Positions 24,206-36,864 are shown, counted from the first letter of the stretch. The stretch: 60,000 bases of DNA from Lama glama (GCA_028534125.1 CM052832.1:7814001-7874000); one strand, 5' to 3'. The notes: generated by a model not told the origin, from the sequence alone. Numbers and translations are program-made.

Positions 24206-24874
24206 GTTGAAGATCCTAGAACAATTTTGGACAAGTCTCTTCCATTTTCCTAACTGAATGACAACTTTTTACATAGCCCAGCAGTGCATGTCACAGAGAG
24301 GCCTAAGATCTGATGAATTAACTTTTCTTTCTTCACATTTAGAATCTGAAACATCAGTTTGTCCTTTAACACACAAAGGTCTCCACAAACTGACCACATC
24401 TAAAGATACTACCCAGACCAAATGTTTCCTTCGGTTCAGAAAAACGAGCTTTTGCTCTCCTCTGGCTCATGAGTAGGTATTTCGTTGGGACCCAAATAAA
24501 GTAGAGAGAGTGATGTTAGCCCAGCGACAGACACAATGTTGTTCACTTATTTAGAAGGAGAGCAAACAGGGAGGAACCAAAGAAAGGAACGGGGGAAATG
24601 CAGACCACAGCACATGAGGAACAAGGGAGGGCAGGGGCTTACCTTTCTGTGTCAGTGGGTCAGCTCTGGGGCTTGGGTAGGATGGAAAGTGAAAAAAACC
24701 CCAGGTTCAGATGGGCTCCCAACTGGGGCAGTGCATCACTCGCTGGTGAAGCGTTAGCTGTCTCCAGCACCAAATGACTAACTAGATTAAACCCAGCTAA
24801 GGCTCTGAGAAGCAAGATGCCCTGTAGGCTGAAGAGGTTGTGGAATGCTTCCTACAAAAGGTAGGATTTACACT

Positions 24875-26090
24875 GAGACCTCTGCTCCTAGCATTGTGCT
24901 GGACGAGGTATCCGGGCTAGCCCTCTGGCTCAAAACACTAAAAATGTGGGGGAAAATATTTTTTACTGTCTTTAAATGCCTCCACGAGTTAGCAAGAAAG
25001 TATGGAACACTCTGGCCAAAATAATAAATGAAGGCAGAACTCGAAGGTGAGAAGAGCACTGAACCGGCATTTGCCTTGAAGGAATTTTCTGGATTTAGTG
25101 AACTTGAGAATTGATATGTTTGGAGCCTTATGAGGTTTGGTGGGCAGGAGACCAAACCCAGGTCTGCCCAAGGTGGACAGTCTAATAGGAGACGCCCCAC
25201 AGAATTAGGACATCCACGGGCCATACCTTTGGTGTAAGGAAGGACTGGAAATAAACCTCCTTGCCAGATTTGGGGAGCAGGTAACACCCACAAGGGAGAT
25301 TGCTTATCTTGAATCTTGAAACTGGAGCAAAGGGGGAAAATGGATCTCCCGAGAAATACAAGCCAGACGGCTTGTGTATCTGCAGCTTAATTCACTCTAC
25401 GTGGGTCATGTGAAAAAAAAACAAACAGGCAGAACATTTAGATTAAAGTGATCCCAGACGAGACTACGGAGGGGCACCCAAAGAAGCAAACAGACATATT
25501 CTCTGAAGGAATTCACTTTTTCTGCTGGCCTCCAAGGATTTCCAGCCATTTCGAAGGAAGATGAGAAGCTCGCAGCTAAGAATCACCACAAATATAAGGA
25601 AACGAGGCACCCAGAGCAAGAGCCTGTGGAAATGACAGGCGACAGAATCAACCTGCAAAGACTTCTAGTCTGGGAATTATCAACCAGAATATAGACCTCT
25701 TTCCATAAAAGGTAGAGAATCTTTAAAACATGAGTCAAGGGTCCTTAGATTTGTAAAAGAATAAAACAGAACCTCTAGAAAATAAAAGTATGGAAATAAA
25801 ATAAAATCGAAACTAAAAACTCAATGGAGACAGTTAAGCAGCAGGCCACATACCACACGAAGAGAGGCTTTGTGAACTGGAGGATAATATCAGAGAAATT
25901 ATCCAGAACGCAGCCCTAAGAGATAAAGAGGTAGAAAATGTAAAATAAATGAAAAGCCAATAGAAGATAGAGTGAAAAGGCCCAAGATGTGTTGAATCAG
26001 TTTCAAACGGTAAAAAGAGAGGAAACGGGGCAGAGACATAATAGCTGGAAATGTCCCCGAACTGACACCGAGTCGCAGGTTCAGGACAGC
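24875..26090 (+). mobile_element. HAL1 / ancient L1M 5'UTR + ORF1 remnant
   Basis: caaaacactaaaaatgtg...tttaaatgc...gagttagcaagaaagta; ORF1-like aaaactcaatgga...gtgaactggaggataa...gaaattatccagaacgcagc...agaagatagagtgaaaagg. Confidence 0.7.
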
Positions 26091-27749
26091 TGAGCCGTGA
26101 AAACAGAAAGGGTGGGACTGGGATGCTCAGAGGTGAGGCATGTGAGGAGCAGCATGACCTCAGAGTGTGCTGATGGGGCCAGCACCCCGGGAACTAGTCC
26201 TGTGGGGCGGACAGGAGGTTCAGCACCTCAGGGAGGCATGGAGGAGGACGCAAAGCAGGGAACCTCGCTGCTCCTCCTGGGGCAGAATCAATGGGGACAT
26301 GCCCTGCTCCAGGACCACAGAGCACGAACAGCAGGGGTAGCTCTGTTCTGTCATTTGGGGGCAACATCCTTCTGAGAAAGGAAGAGAAGAGGTCACACGG
26401 ATTCTGATCTGTCATATGGACTGGGGAACTGAAGCACAGGAAACAGAGATGTTCAAAAACAGAGTTCTGAAAGAGTTAAGTGGCAGCCCGGGGATCAGGG
26501 CTCTTTCTGTTTGTTGATCCTGGGGGCAGACACCTCAGGTAACTAACCCAGAGATGCTGATTCACTCTGCGTTTGGTACACCCACTTCAGTGATGGATGG
26601 AGCCACTGGCATCATTTCAGCCCTGATGAGACTTTCAAAAGTAAGAGCAAAGCACAAAAGGACGCTGTTCTGCAACAGTCTCTCCTGGGCCCAGGTCTGA
26701 ACGCCTTCCCTACAGGCAAAGTCCTAATGGCCCGTGACTGTCTACACCGGAGGACTTGGACCTGGCTGATTACATGCAGTGTTGACATCTATGTGAGCGA
26801 CGTGCACATACGTACATCTGGACCTCACAACTGTCACTGGGACCTGAAAATGAGTCTGACACATATGGTTCTGTGTGCAGTACGGTAGAATGGCAGACAG
26901 AAGCTCAGCAGTGTGAATCGCGTGGGTGTGTGGTTCCTACGCCACCTCCATCTTTACCTTCTTCTTGGTCATTCCGAGGTGACTTTGCCTGGAGTTCAGG
27001 AGACAGTGTTGGCAGTGGTTATGTTCTCCAGATCATCTGAATTCCAATTCCAATACTTAACACCTTTCAGCCTCAGTTTTCTCGCCTGTACAATGGGCTC
27101 CTTACTATCTCTCGGAATTAGACAAGACTACCTATGATTTGGTACATTTATCAATAAATATCATCAGGCTTATTTCTGGTATTCCCATATTATGATTAAC
27201 ATATGAATTAAACAGCCAAATGATTCTATTCACCTATAACTAGACATAATTATTTTGGCTTAAGGTTTTTGAAGGAAGACTTAGAATATTGTTGGATTTC
27301 AGAAACGAAGTAGCAAGAATGACAAAAGAGAGCAGAAATGCCTCAGGGGAAAAAGTCAGTGAGTTAGAGTCTCACTTTCTTTAGATTCATGTTTGACAGT
27401 GACTCTCAGCTGGGACAGCCTAACCTATTTCTGGATCTGAAAGACATCCTTCCTATTTTGCCACGTTCTACGTTTTCTTATTCCACTGAGCTAACCTGGC
27501 GCAGGGATTGAAAGTGGGGCTGAGGGAACCCTGGCACAAAGAGGGAATGTTTGTACCTGTACATATTTGAGAATCAACAGTGCGGTCAGACAGAGGGGTG
27601 TGCCTAGCGCACGTCTGAACCTAAGGGTTAGGACCCCAGTGCCACAGCCGTGACTGCTGACAATTCAGAAGGTGTGTCAGAGACCAAGTAACGTTGGGAA
27701 ATTCCACTCGACACGCTGGAAGAGCAGGCACAGTGGGTGGTCCAGAGGG

Positions 27750-28344
27750 ATCCAGCAAGAACATGACAGTAGGAAAAGAAGGAGAGGAAAAATTAGATTC
27801 AATAAAAGGGAAAAAAAATTCCAAATGGTGAGTTCGTTCTATTTGGCTGCAGTGTAACCCCCTCCAGGGGAACGTGGTGCAACCTGAGTCATTTAAACCT
27901 CGGCTGGGAAGAGTCGTGGAGGACGTCCAATAGACGAAGCTGGGGTTTGGAGCAGTCTGGGGGGGCAGGAGACTCAGAAGGTGATTTTCATCGGCATTGC
28001 TCTGATTCACCAGACATGCCCCCTGCAGACAGAGTCTGCTGCGGGGCCGGCTTGGGCCATGGTGCTGGGTTGTGCCCGGATGCGTGTGAACCGATGTGTA
28101 TGTAAAGGGAGATGTTTTTTGTGTCATGACTGCCTCGTTTCCTCAGACTGACGAGGATGCTTAGATAACTAGCCTGTTCCCTCTCATAATAAATGTCACA
28201 TTTCTTGCAAAGAGTCTGTTTAATGGGAAAAAAAATAGAAGCAGGGGAAGGATAGTCCATCTGAGTTTGCAGGAAGTAATCTTTTTAATTAGAAAGCTGC
28301 CACACATTTCAGATTTTCCAATAGCACTTAAGTTCACTGCCATC

Positions 28345-28383
<39 letters not shown>

Positions 28384-28560
28384 ATAAAAGCACACTACTA
28401 TTAATTATTTGTTTTTCCTAGAAAGTACCGGTGAAGCTGTGATTTCTGCGAAATTAGGTCATTTTGTGTCCTCCCTGTGATCAATATTTGGTTGAAGGGC
28501 ATGCCCTGTGGGGTTTGGTTCATAAAGTCATTTGAAGCCAAGAACCATCACTATGAATGT
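27750..28560. promoter_or_regulatory. Candidate enhancer/conserved non-coding block
   Basis: No recognisable TE; AP-1 TGAGTCA at ~27885, TTAATTAG/TTAATTAT homeodomain sites, embedded (GT)n. Confidence 0.25.
28347..28380. repeat. (GT)17 microsatellite
   Basis: Direct read. Confidence 0.95.
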
Positions 28561-29584
28561 GGCATAAACCGAGATTTTACATTCAGTATCATCCACACCT
28601 AGCACAAGGCTGGGCCAACAGACGGTGATGAATAATTGCACGTTGACCGATGGATTTGGTAAGTTGCCCAGTGTAATATCTCTCCCAGGGTCTCTGCAGG
28701 AAGCAAACCAATGAGAATTAACGTTTTCAAAACCAGTTTGCTTTTCACTTCAGAAACACACAGGGATCAGGGAGGGGGGACTAGATTTTGCATTAAGAGG
28801 TCTGGATTTGAACTCCAGCCTCTTCGTGACTCATCAGAGGACTTGAGCAGTACCCCATCAGCCCACTTGGTCTCGGTTTCTGAATCCAGGGGGTCTGGGA
28901 GCAAGCTCCAGGCTGTGTGCTGTTCCCTTCACCATGTGAAGCCTTGCCCTGCCCAGCAACGGCCTGAGCCATGCTGCCCGGTTGTTACCCTGCCTGCAGC
29001 CGCCCAGGAGTCAGTGATGGGTCCCACTCCTGCTGTTTTGAGGAAGGACGAAATGCGAAAACCCTCGTCAAGTAGTAGACGGGTTACCCAGGGCACCCAA
29101 CGCGGCACAGCAAAGAGAAATAGGGACAGCCAGGTTCTGGCTCTGATTCTGTGTGTGACCTGACTTGCCGGGTGATCTCAGACAAGCCGTTCAGCATGGG
29201 CCTGGACCAAGTGCTCCACAAACAGAAAGGGGCCGGCTCACAGTTCTTACCAAAAGCAGCTCATTAAGGGTGTGTTTCTCTGTCTGCTGGTTTGCTGGTT
29301 TGTTTAGCTCCCTTCAGGTATCCTGCTCTCCAGAGGATTTGCAGCAGCTTAAAAAAGAGGTAACACTCTAAAGAAAACCCCCCAAATCAGACACCCATAT
29401 CTGGCTTTCTGTCAGCATTTTAATGCTGGTCTTTAAGAAGGTGACGAGCCACTGGGTATCCTGTTCCAATCCTGGTCCTGCTCACTGACCCCTTGGCCAT
29501 GTAACTTTGGGAAATCACTTCACTCCCTGGAACCTGAGTCTGCGGTGATACTACAACAGGGCCACAGATTCTGTACACTCCTCC

Positions 29585-30015
29585 TGTGAAGAGATGAGGC
29601 CTGACTCCCCTCCCTGTGCACACCGCCAGCTCAGTAACTCACTCGTATCTCACAGAAGCATAGCGTGAGACAAGAGGTGATGTTGTGTGACCCCCGAGGT
29701 TAGGCCTGGCACTATCTCACAGGACACACAGCTTTGGAGGCCTGAGTGTCACCCTGAAACCTCCTTGCTGGAGAGACCACATAGAGACAGAGAGAGAGAG
29801 ATGCTGGGGCCCCAGCCGGTCCAGTTTCCCAGTTGAATCCCAGACATGTTTGTGGAGGAGCCTTCAGGGCGACCTCAGCCGCAGGTGTCCTGCAACTGCA
29901 AACTCATGAGAGGCCCTGTGTCACTCCCAAATCCCTGACGCCCGGAAACTCTGAGATAATAAAGGATCACAAGCCACTAAGCTTCGGGGCATTGTGTCAA
30001 GCAGCAATGGATACT
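29585..30015 (+). mobile_element. MLT1 (H-like) ERVL-MaLR LTR
   Basis: gaggtgatgttgtgtgacccccgaggttaggc...tgcaactgcaaactcatgagag...aagccactaagcttcgggg...gcagcaatggata. Confidence 0.7.
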
Positions 30016-30736
30016 GTCTACCCTCTCCTCTCCAAGGAACCCCTAAAGACTCAGCCTCACTCAGCGGGCGGGTCTCAGGTGGCCACCCCCTTTCAACACA
30101 CCTTGGGTTTCTGTTACTGGAACCCACATCCTATGGTTTTCCTGAAACAGACATGGGAATCCGAGGAGCTGGAGACCCCTAACTCTGATATTGATCTCGG
30201 GCAAATCACTTCAGTTTCTGAGACCTCAGTTTTTCCTACCGTACCTCCCAGGAGTATAAAGAATACAAATGGAAACTCACAAGTCGATGAAGCATTTTGA
30301 ACTCCTTGGAAGGCCCTTTTTAAATTCAAGGGCTGTCATGACGCATCTTCCACAGAAATGCCCTGCGTGGGCCCAGCATCCTACCAGGAGGTGACAGGAG
30401 AAAAGGCCTGGCTCTGGTTCTCCAGCTCCTCCTCCCTCCAGCCCTATACCAGTCACCCCACTGTTCACTGCTCTGAGCCCCACCTTGCCTGAAAGATGAG
30501 TGGACTGGCCAACATGCTCTCATCCCTTTCTGGCTGTGAGATGCTACAAACCAGACAAGGTAGCCTTCAGATGTTTCCAACCCGGGGAGGAGGAAGCCCA
30601 GCCACCGCAAACACTAGGAGAAACCCAGCAATTTAATGTGAGATGGGGTGGCACTGAAGACAGGCACATCAGCAGAATCTACAGCCCCAGATGGGGTCGT
30701 AGAAAAGCTGTTTCTTCAGCTGCTCTTGAAGGATGG

Positions 30737-31060
30737 TGCTATGGACTGCAAGTTTGTGTCCACCCCCGCCTCCAAATTCATAGATTGAAGCCAATGCTCC
30801 AACGAGATGGGATTAGGTCATGAGGGTGGAGCCCTCATGAATGGGATTAGCGCCCTTAACAAGAGGAGAGATGATCTCTCTCTCTCCACCACGTGAGGAT
30901 ACAAGGAGAAGATGGCCAACCAGGAAGAGGGCTCTTCCCAACGCCGGATCTGCCGGCACCCTGATCTCAGACTTCCCAGCCTCCAAGACTGTGAGAAATG
31001 AATGTCTGTTGTTTAAGCCACCCAGTACCTTGTTACAGCAGCCCCAAAATGACTAAGACA
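30737..31060 (+). mobile_element. MLT1A-type solo LTR with perfect 5-bp TSD
   Basis: tgctatggactg...gagggtggagccctcatgaatgggattag...gactaagaca; TG...CA ends; TSD GATGG (30732-36 / 31061-65). Confidence 0.92.
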
Positions 31061-31065
31061 GATGG

Positions 31066-31200
31066 TGTAATAGTCACAGTCCTTGGTTGTAAACAACAGA
31101 ATCCATTCTTGATCATTTAACAGGGAAAAAAAGAAGTTTAATCAAAACTACTAGAGAGTTCACAAAATGTCCAGGAGAGACTGATTCTGAAGCCATTACC
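31066..31200 (-). mobile_element. Old MLT1 (K/L-like) fragment
   Basis: agtc...cttggttgtaaacaacagaatcc...tttaacagggaaaaa. Confidence 0.45.
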
Positions 31201-31323
31201 CATAAAGCACCTAACCACGGGAAAGAGTTTCTTAGAGAAGACCCCACAACAACTCTGGACCTAGGACCCTCTGCACTGGAAACCAGAAGTTTAACCCTAT
31301 ATCCTCCGGAACCAAGGGTCTCT

Positions 31324-31338
31324 GCTGCCCCCTTGTGG
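31324..31338 (-). promoter_or_regulatory. CTCF motif candidate
   Basis: Minus strand CCACAAGGGGGCAGC. Confidence 0.5.
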
Positions 31339-31574
31339 TTATCCTGATGGGAGCACCTCCTCACACCCAATTCTCAAGCGTACGGGTCCCAAACAATGCA
31401 AGGCATAGGAGTCTAGAGATGTTTTCTAGCTTCTTCCTTGATAACATGGCAATTGTAACACAGGAGATGGCTAAAATGTAGGGAGGGTGTACAGAGATGC
31501 CCCCAAAGATGGGCAGAGTGTGAATTAGCAAAGGATAGAAGAGTAGCCCTTTGGAGGGAAGGGGGTCCCCTGAA

Positions 31575-31895
31575 AGAACGTGGGGACAGGACGCCTCCCA
31601 AGCGGTGCGGAAAGGCGGGCTGAGTGGCTAAAGGAACGGCCGAGGGGAGTCGGGCTGACAAGCCACGAGCCCCACATCTCGAGATGCCTGTCGCCTGGCT
31701 GTCTGCGCCCCTTCCTCCTGGCTCGCGCCAGTCCTGCGCGGTCGTTTGGAAGCGGCCGTTCTTCCTAGAGCTGGCGTTTCGCAGTTGGCAAGGAACACCC
31801 CGCCTTCTCTCAACAGCCGTCCGTCTTCTTGTCTTCCCCTTTCCACCAGGCGAATACATTTCTCCTCTGCTGTGCGTGCCAACATACCTCGAATT
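31575..31895. promoter_or_regulatory. Small orphan CpG island-like cluster
   Basis: About 27 CpGs hand-counted in ~315 bp against a CpG-depleted background. Confidence 0.55.
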
Positions 31896-32734
31896 TGCTG
31901 GCAGCAGGCACTTCTCCTGTGTTGGTTTTGGAACCATGTAGCAGCTGGTCCTATTTCTCTTCCCTCTGGGCTAGAAACATGCCAACCAGGATTTCTCTGG
32001 ATTTTTTTTCTAAACCCTGGGCTGCAACCCAAGGGAGTGTGCTTCCAGGACCCCCGGCCCAGGGTCTCAGGCTCCATGCCCGCCTCGTACTGTCTCCCCT
32101 CCACAGCTCCACTGGCAGCATGGCAACCGGTCCCCCAGGTAGAGTCCCAACTTGTGGTGACCCCTCGAACTTAGTGCTTGGAGGCCAGGTTATTACAAAG
32201 GGACATTTGAGCTTCCACTGGAAATTGGTAATATATATTCTTGGCAGCAGCAACGACAGGCTGTGAAAATTCTTTTAGCGTTGGGCTTCTCTTAAGGAGC
32301 AGAGTTTGGTTTTACATATTCCCAGGCAGTGCAATGGGAAAACCAGGCTAAAGATGGAGATGTATGAGGGTGGCAGGTGGAACCCAGAGCCATGGGTCCG
32401 GAGAGCATCTGTGCCCGCCACCCGGTGGGTACTCCACACTTGTCTGCTGCTTGGACGACTGGCTGCGATGTAGCAGCAACCAACACATGGTAACACTGCA
32501 ACCTCATTGTATTAGACCAATTGAGTCCCATCAGGTTTACCTCCTTAACCTTCCGGGGCCATATCTCCCTTCCCATCTCCGCTTCTGCAACAGCTGGAAT
32601 TCCTGGCCTCAGCATCTCCCACCAGTCTCCTGGCCCAACTTCCTCCCCTGTCCCCTGGCCTCCAGACCCAGGCCTCTCCAGTCCACTCCACAGACCACAG
32701 CCACTGTTTATCTTCCTAAAAACAAATCTGCTAC

Positions 32735-32960
32735 ATGTGGGATCCTCAATGGGACCCTGGGACAGAAGAAGGATATTAGCAGAAAAACTGGGGAAATCTG
32801 AATAGAGTCTGAGGTCTAGTTAATAGTAATGTATCGACGTTAATCTCCTAGTGTTGACAAATGTGTGTGAGATGTTAACAACCGGGGGAACCAGGCGACG
32901 GGTAAACTGAACCCTCTGTATTATCTTTGCAACTTTCCTCTGAATCTAAAATTATTCTGA
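32735..32960 (+). mobile_element. Ancient L1 (L1MC/MD-type) 3' terminus
   Basis: atgtgggatcct...gggaccctgggacagaagaaggatattag...ctctgtattatctttgcaacttt...tctaaaattatt. Confidence 0.85.
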
Positions 32961-32962
32961 CA

Positions 32963-33205
32963 ACAGTCATGCCAAAATGTGTGCGTTTGTGTATAAAGAC
33001 ACCTTACTTAACATATTTTGTTGGTTCCTGAACACTGAACTCACAGCCAACAGCTCTGTAACCCAGACCTGGATGAGGCTTATCTAACACGTGCATTTTT
33101 TCTGTGAGGCACATCACAGCCTCCTTTGACTTAGAAGCACTTAGATTTTTGGCACTACATTTGCAGGGCCATTTTAAACAACAAAATCACCAACAAAAAA
33201 AAAAA
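32963..33205. mobile_element. TcMar-Tigger DNA transposon fragment (MER82-like), runs into gap
   Basis: gaactcacagccaacagc...gcttatctaacac...aggcacatcacagcc...ggccattttaaacaacaaaatcaccaacaaaaa; subfamily name uncertain. Confidence 0.6.
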
Positions 33206-33705
33206 NNNNNNNNNNNNNNNNNNNNNNNNNNNNNNNNNNNNNNNNNNNNNNNNNNNNNNNNNNNNNNNNNNNNNNNNNNNNNNNNNNNNNNNNNNNNNNN
33301 NNNNNNNNNNNNNNNNNNNNNNNNNNNNNNNNNNNNNNNNNNNNNNNNNNNNNNNNNNNNNNNNNNNNNNNNNNNNNNNNNNNNNNNNNNNNNNNNNNNN
33401 NNNNNNNNNNNNNNNNNNNNNNNNNNNNNNNNNNNNNNNNNNNNNNNNNNNNNNNNNNNNNNNNNNNNNNNNNNNNNNNNNNNNNNNNNNNNNNNNNNNN
33501 NNNNNNNNNNNNNNNNNNNNNNNNNNNNNNNNNNNNNNNNNNNNNNNNNNNNNNNNNNNNNNNNNNNNNNNNNNNNNNNNNNNNNNNNNNNNNNNNNNNN
33601 NNNNNNNNNNNNNNNNNNNNNNNNNNNNNNNNNNNNNNNNNNNNNNNNNNNNNNNNNNNNNNNNNNNNNNNNNNNNNNNNNNNNNNNNNNNNNNNNNNNN
33701 NNNNN
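33206..33705. other. Assembly gap (exactly 500 N)
   Basis: N run. Confidence 1.
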
Positions 33706-34147
33706 GCGTTATTGAGCACTTACTGCATGCCAGGCACCGAGCTACCTGCGGGACAGCTGCCTCTGGGGCCAGCTGGTTCCAGAATTTAAATTTGGAGGCC
33801 ATGGTGTTCAAAACAAGAGCATCGCTTTACCATGGGAGGCCCAGCAGAAGCTCAGAAATGCCCAAATGGTATAGAACCAGTGAGGTAACTTGTCACAGAC
33901 ACAAAAGTCATCATTTCATTTCCAAAAACCAGAAACTGTTTCTATCAAGCACAAATAAAGTACTAACAAGTTAAAAAAAAAGAACCACCAAATCTATTAT
34001 TAATTTTTGTGAGCTGGGAAGCAGTAAGGATTAAAAATTCCGATCTGGGGATAGATCTTAGTCTGAATACCAGCTCTGCCACTCATTGGTGCTCTGACCT
34101 TGGCAAGTTTCTTAGATTCTCTGAGCTTCGGATCTCTCCAGTTGAGA

Positions 34148-34729
34148 TGCATTTGTTTTGTATTGCCACGTAACCCAGGACCACCAACAGTGGCCTTAAA
34201 CAGACATTCCTTATCTCAAAATTTCTGTAGGTCAGAATCCAGGCGGGTCCTCTGCTCAGGGTTTCACAAGACTGGAGTCAAGGTGTCGACTAGCCTCCAC
34301 TCTCCTCTGGAGGTTCCGAGGAAGAACGTGGCTCCAGCTCATTCAGGTGTTGACAGAGCTCAGCTCCTGGAAGCTATGTGCTTGAGGTCCCATGCTCTTG
34401 CCGGCTCGTGGACCTGACTGCTCTTGGCTCCTATAAGGTGCCCTCAGCTCCTTGCCATGTGGCCTCCTCCATTGGCCTTTCACAACATAGCAGCTCCCTT
34501 CTTCAAGGCCAGCCAGACAGTCTCTTTGCCTGTCTGCTAATATAAAGTCTTATATTAACCAAATCATGGCATGAACAGTCCTATCCCCTTTGCCTTATTG
34601 TGTAACCTAATCACAGGAGTGACATTCTGTCATGTTCACAGTTCTGCCCACACTCAAGGGAAGGGAATTATGTAGGATGTGTACACCAGGAGGCAGATCT
34701 CTGGGACCATCTTAGAATTCTGCCTACCA
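34148..34729 (-). mobile_element. MLT1 (E/F/G-like) LTR inserted into a MIR (MIR halves at ~34030-34147 and ~34730-34810)
   Basis: ttctgtaggtcagaatccaggc...ctctgctcagggtttcacaag...ccatcttagaattctgcctacca. Confidence 0.85.
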
Positions 34730-34835
34730 GAGAGTTGTGGGGTTAAATAAGATACTTTATACAAAGTGCTTAGCTCTGCACCTCACCCACAGAAAGTTTC
34801 TACAAGTGGTAGCCAGAGTCACCACCATCAATATA

Positions 34836-35322
34836 TGTAGTAGGAAAAATATTGCCCCCTCTCCCAAAGATACCCTTGGGACCTGTGAATATGTTATGGC
34901 ACATGGCAAAAAGAATGAAGGTTGCAGACAGAATCAAGGTTGCTAATCAGCTGACCTTAAAATAGGAAGATTACCCTGCATTAGCCCCTTAGGTAATCAC
35001 AGGGGTCCTTCAAGATGGAAGAGTGAGGCAGAAGAGGAGTTGGAACCAGAGAGATGGCAGCATGAAAAGACTTGGCCCAGGGTTGTTGGCTTTGAAGATG
35101 GAAGAAGAGGACCATGGGACAAGGGATGTGGCCAAAGATGGAAGCGGGCAAGGAGCAGATGTTCCCTGGAGCCTCCAGAACGCAATTCTGCTGTCACCTT
35201 GACCTTAGTCCAGTGAGACCCATGTCAGACTTCAAAGCTCCAGAACCATAAGAGAATAAGTTTGTGTTGTTTTAAGCCACATATTTATTAACTTGTTACA
35301 GCGTCCATAGAAAACCAATACA
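34836..35322 (+). mobile_element. MLT1D solo LTR
   Basis: gacctgtgaatatgtta...aaggttgctaatcagctgacctt...ggctttgaagatgga...tgttttaagcca...aaccaataca. Confidence 0.9.
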
Positions 35323-35441
35323 ATGCTATATACTTTATTGGGGCTAAAGAAAAAGATTAAACCGACAGCTTTCAGGGTGCATATTGATCCACTGACCATT
35401 TATAAAAGCTGAAATGGAGAATCTAAAATGGAGTAGGTGAC

Positions 35442-35519
35442 TATATTCAATATCTTGTAATGAGCTGTAATGGAGGAGAATCTGAAAACATATGTATATA
35501 TGTAAAAAATAAAATAAAA
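35442..35519 (+). mobile_element. 78-bp L1 3'UTR micro-insertion with A-rich tail and 18-bp TSD
   Basis: tatattcaatatcttgtaa...aatctgaaaa...tatatatgta + (AAAAT)n; TSD taaaatggagtaggtgac at 35424-35441 and 35520-35537. Confidence 0.88.
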
Positions 35520-35814
35520 TAAAATGGAGTAGGTGACAGTCTCCCTGGGTCTCCCTGCTTGGCCTGAATGTATGTGGTATGAGGCGTATGGAGCAAGAAG
35601 ACCAGCAGGGCACTTCCAAAAGAGACTGCCGTGTCCCAGAGAAAACAGCGGAGAAACTAGGGCTGAAAAGACAGCAGTGATGTGGGGACGGGATGGGGTT
35701 GCTGGGAAATACTTGATGGACTGTCTTTTGGCAGAGAACTTAGAAACATCATGCACAGTCCCAAGGGGAGATCTACTGGATGGAAGCTACCAGAACTCAG
35801 CACTCAGCTCGGTA

Positions 35815-36250
35815 TGAGTAATTGCTTCCTGGAAGTCAATGACTGTCTCCAGAATAACAGAGACCAGAACTAACAATGGCTTAAACAAAAGAGAACTGTC
35901 CCTTCTGTGATGGTAAATGCCTTCTAGAGGTGAGCGTTCCAGGACTGGTTTGGTGGCTCCAGGAGCCTTGAATCACTGCTTCCCCCGGGTTGATCCTCTT
36001 GCCCACATGGTCCTCTGAGATGGGGAAACAGCTCTTCCACATCCCCAGCAGCAGGAAGGGGGAAGGGCACCACCTTTAAGTCCACATCCCAGAAGCCGCA
36101 TATGTCACTTTTACTCACTTTTACTCTCAAGAATGCAGTCATATGTCCTCCCCTGGCTGCAAGGAAACTGAGAAACTTATCCTTATTCTGGTGGCCACAC
36201 AACCTGCTAAAAACTTGGAGATTCTACGACCTTGGAAGAGGAGGGAAGAA
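35815..36250 (-). mobile_element. Old MLT1 (J/K-like) LTR fragment
   Basis: taacaatggcttaaacaa...gttccaggactggtttggtggctcca...ggctgcaaggaaactgagaaa. Confidence 0.6.
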
Positions 36251-36864
36251 TTGATATTATGGGGAGGGGGAAACCAGCTGGCTCTGCGCAGCGACGACGG
36301 GGTTATTTTGGAGGTAGGGATTATCTTCCCTGTGGTGGATCCTCAGTGGTTTGGCACTCAGTAGCACCCTGATTCCCCTTTTGCGAGTGGCCCTCTCTCC
36401 CATGAGGCTGTGTGAAGGGACTATTAATGGAGGTGCTGGTCTACCACAGCCAAGAGTTGCATCATTCACTCTGCCTCCAGCCTCAGGGAGAGACTGATTC
36501 CTGTTCCCCCCTCCCCTAAACTGCCTAGTACTCACCCTCCCTTAGATCCATTCTTAAACCTTTCCTTGTCGGTCCCAAAATATCCTTTCTGCTTTGATCA
36601 GTTAGAAGGGGTTTCTGTTGCTCACCACCTATGACTCCTCACACATACACTTGTTCCTGAGTCTCCCAGCACAAGCTTGCAACGTCTTTTGCAAAACAGG
36701 AAGCAATCCTGTGGGAGAGCAGTGCACTTTTTCCTATTGCATGGGAGAGTCAGAGAGCAAAATATCCACTAAACTAAATGATTTATGCAAGGATTTATAT
36801 TGCCATCACTCAGACACTCGGGGATAAGCAATCCAGAGATGGCACAAGACACGCTGATGCCGTT

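Noticed and set aside
33104..33811. Long ORFs spanning gap 1 (and 50125-50973 spanning gap 2)
   Set aside because: Artefacts of translating N runs.
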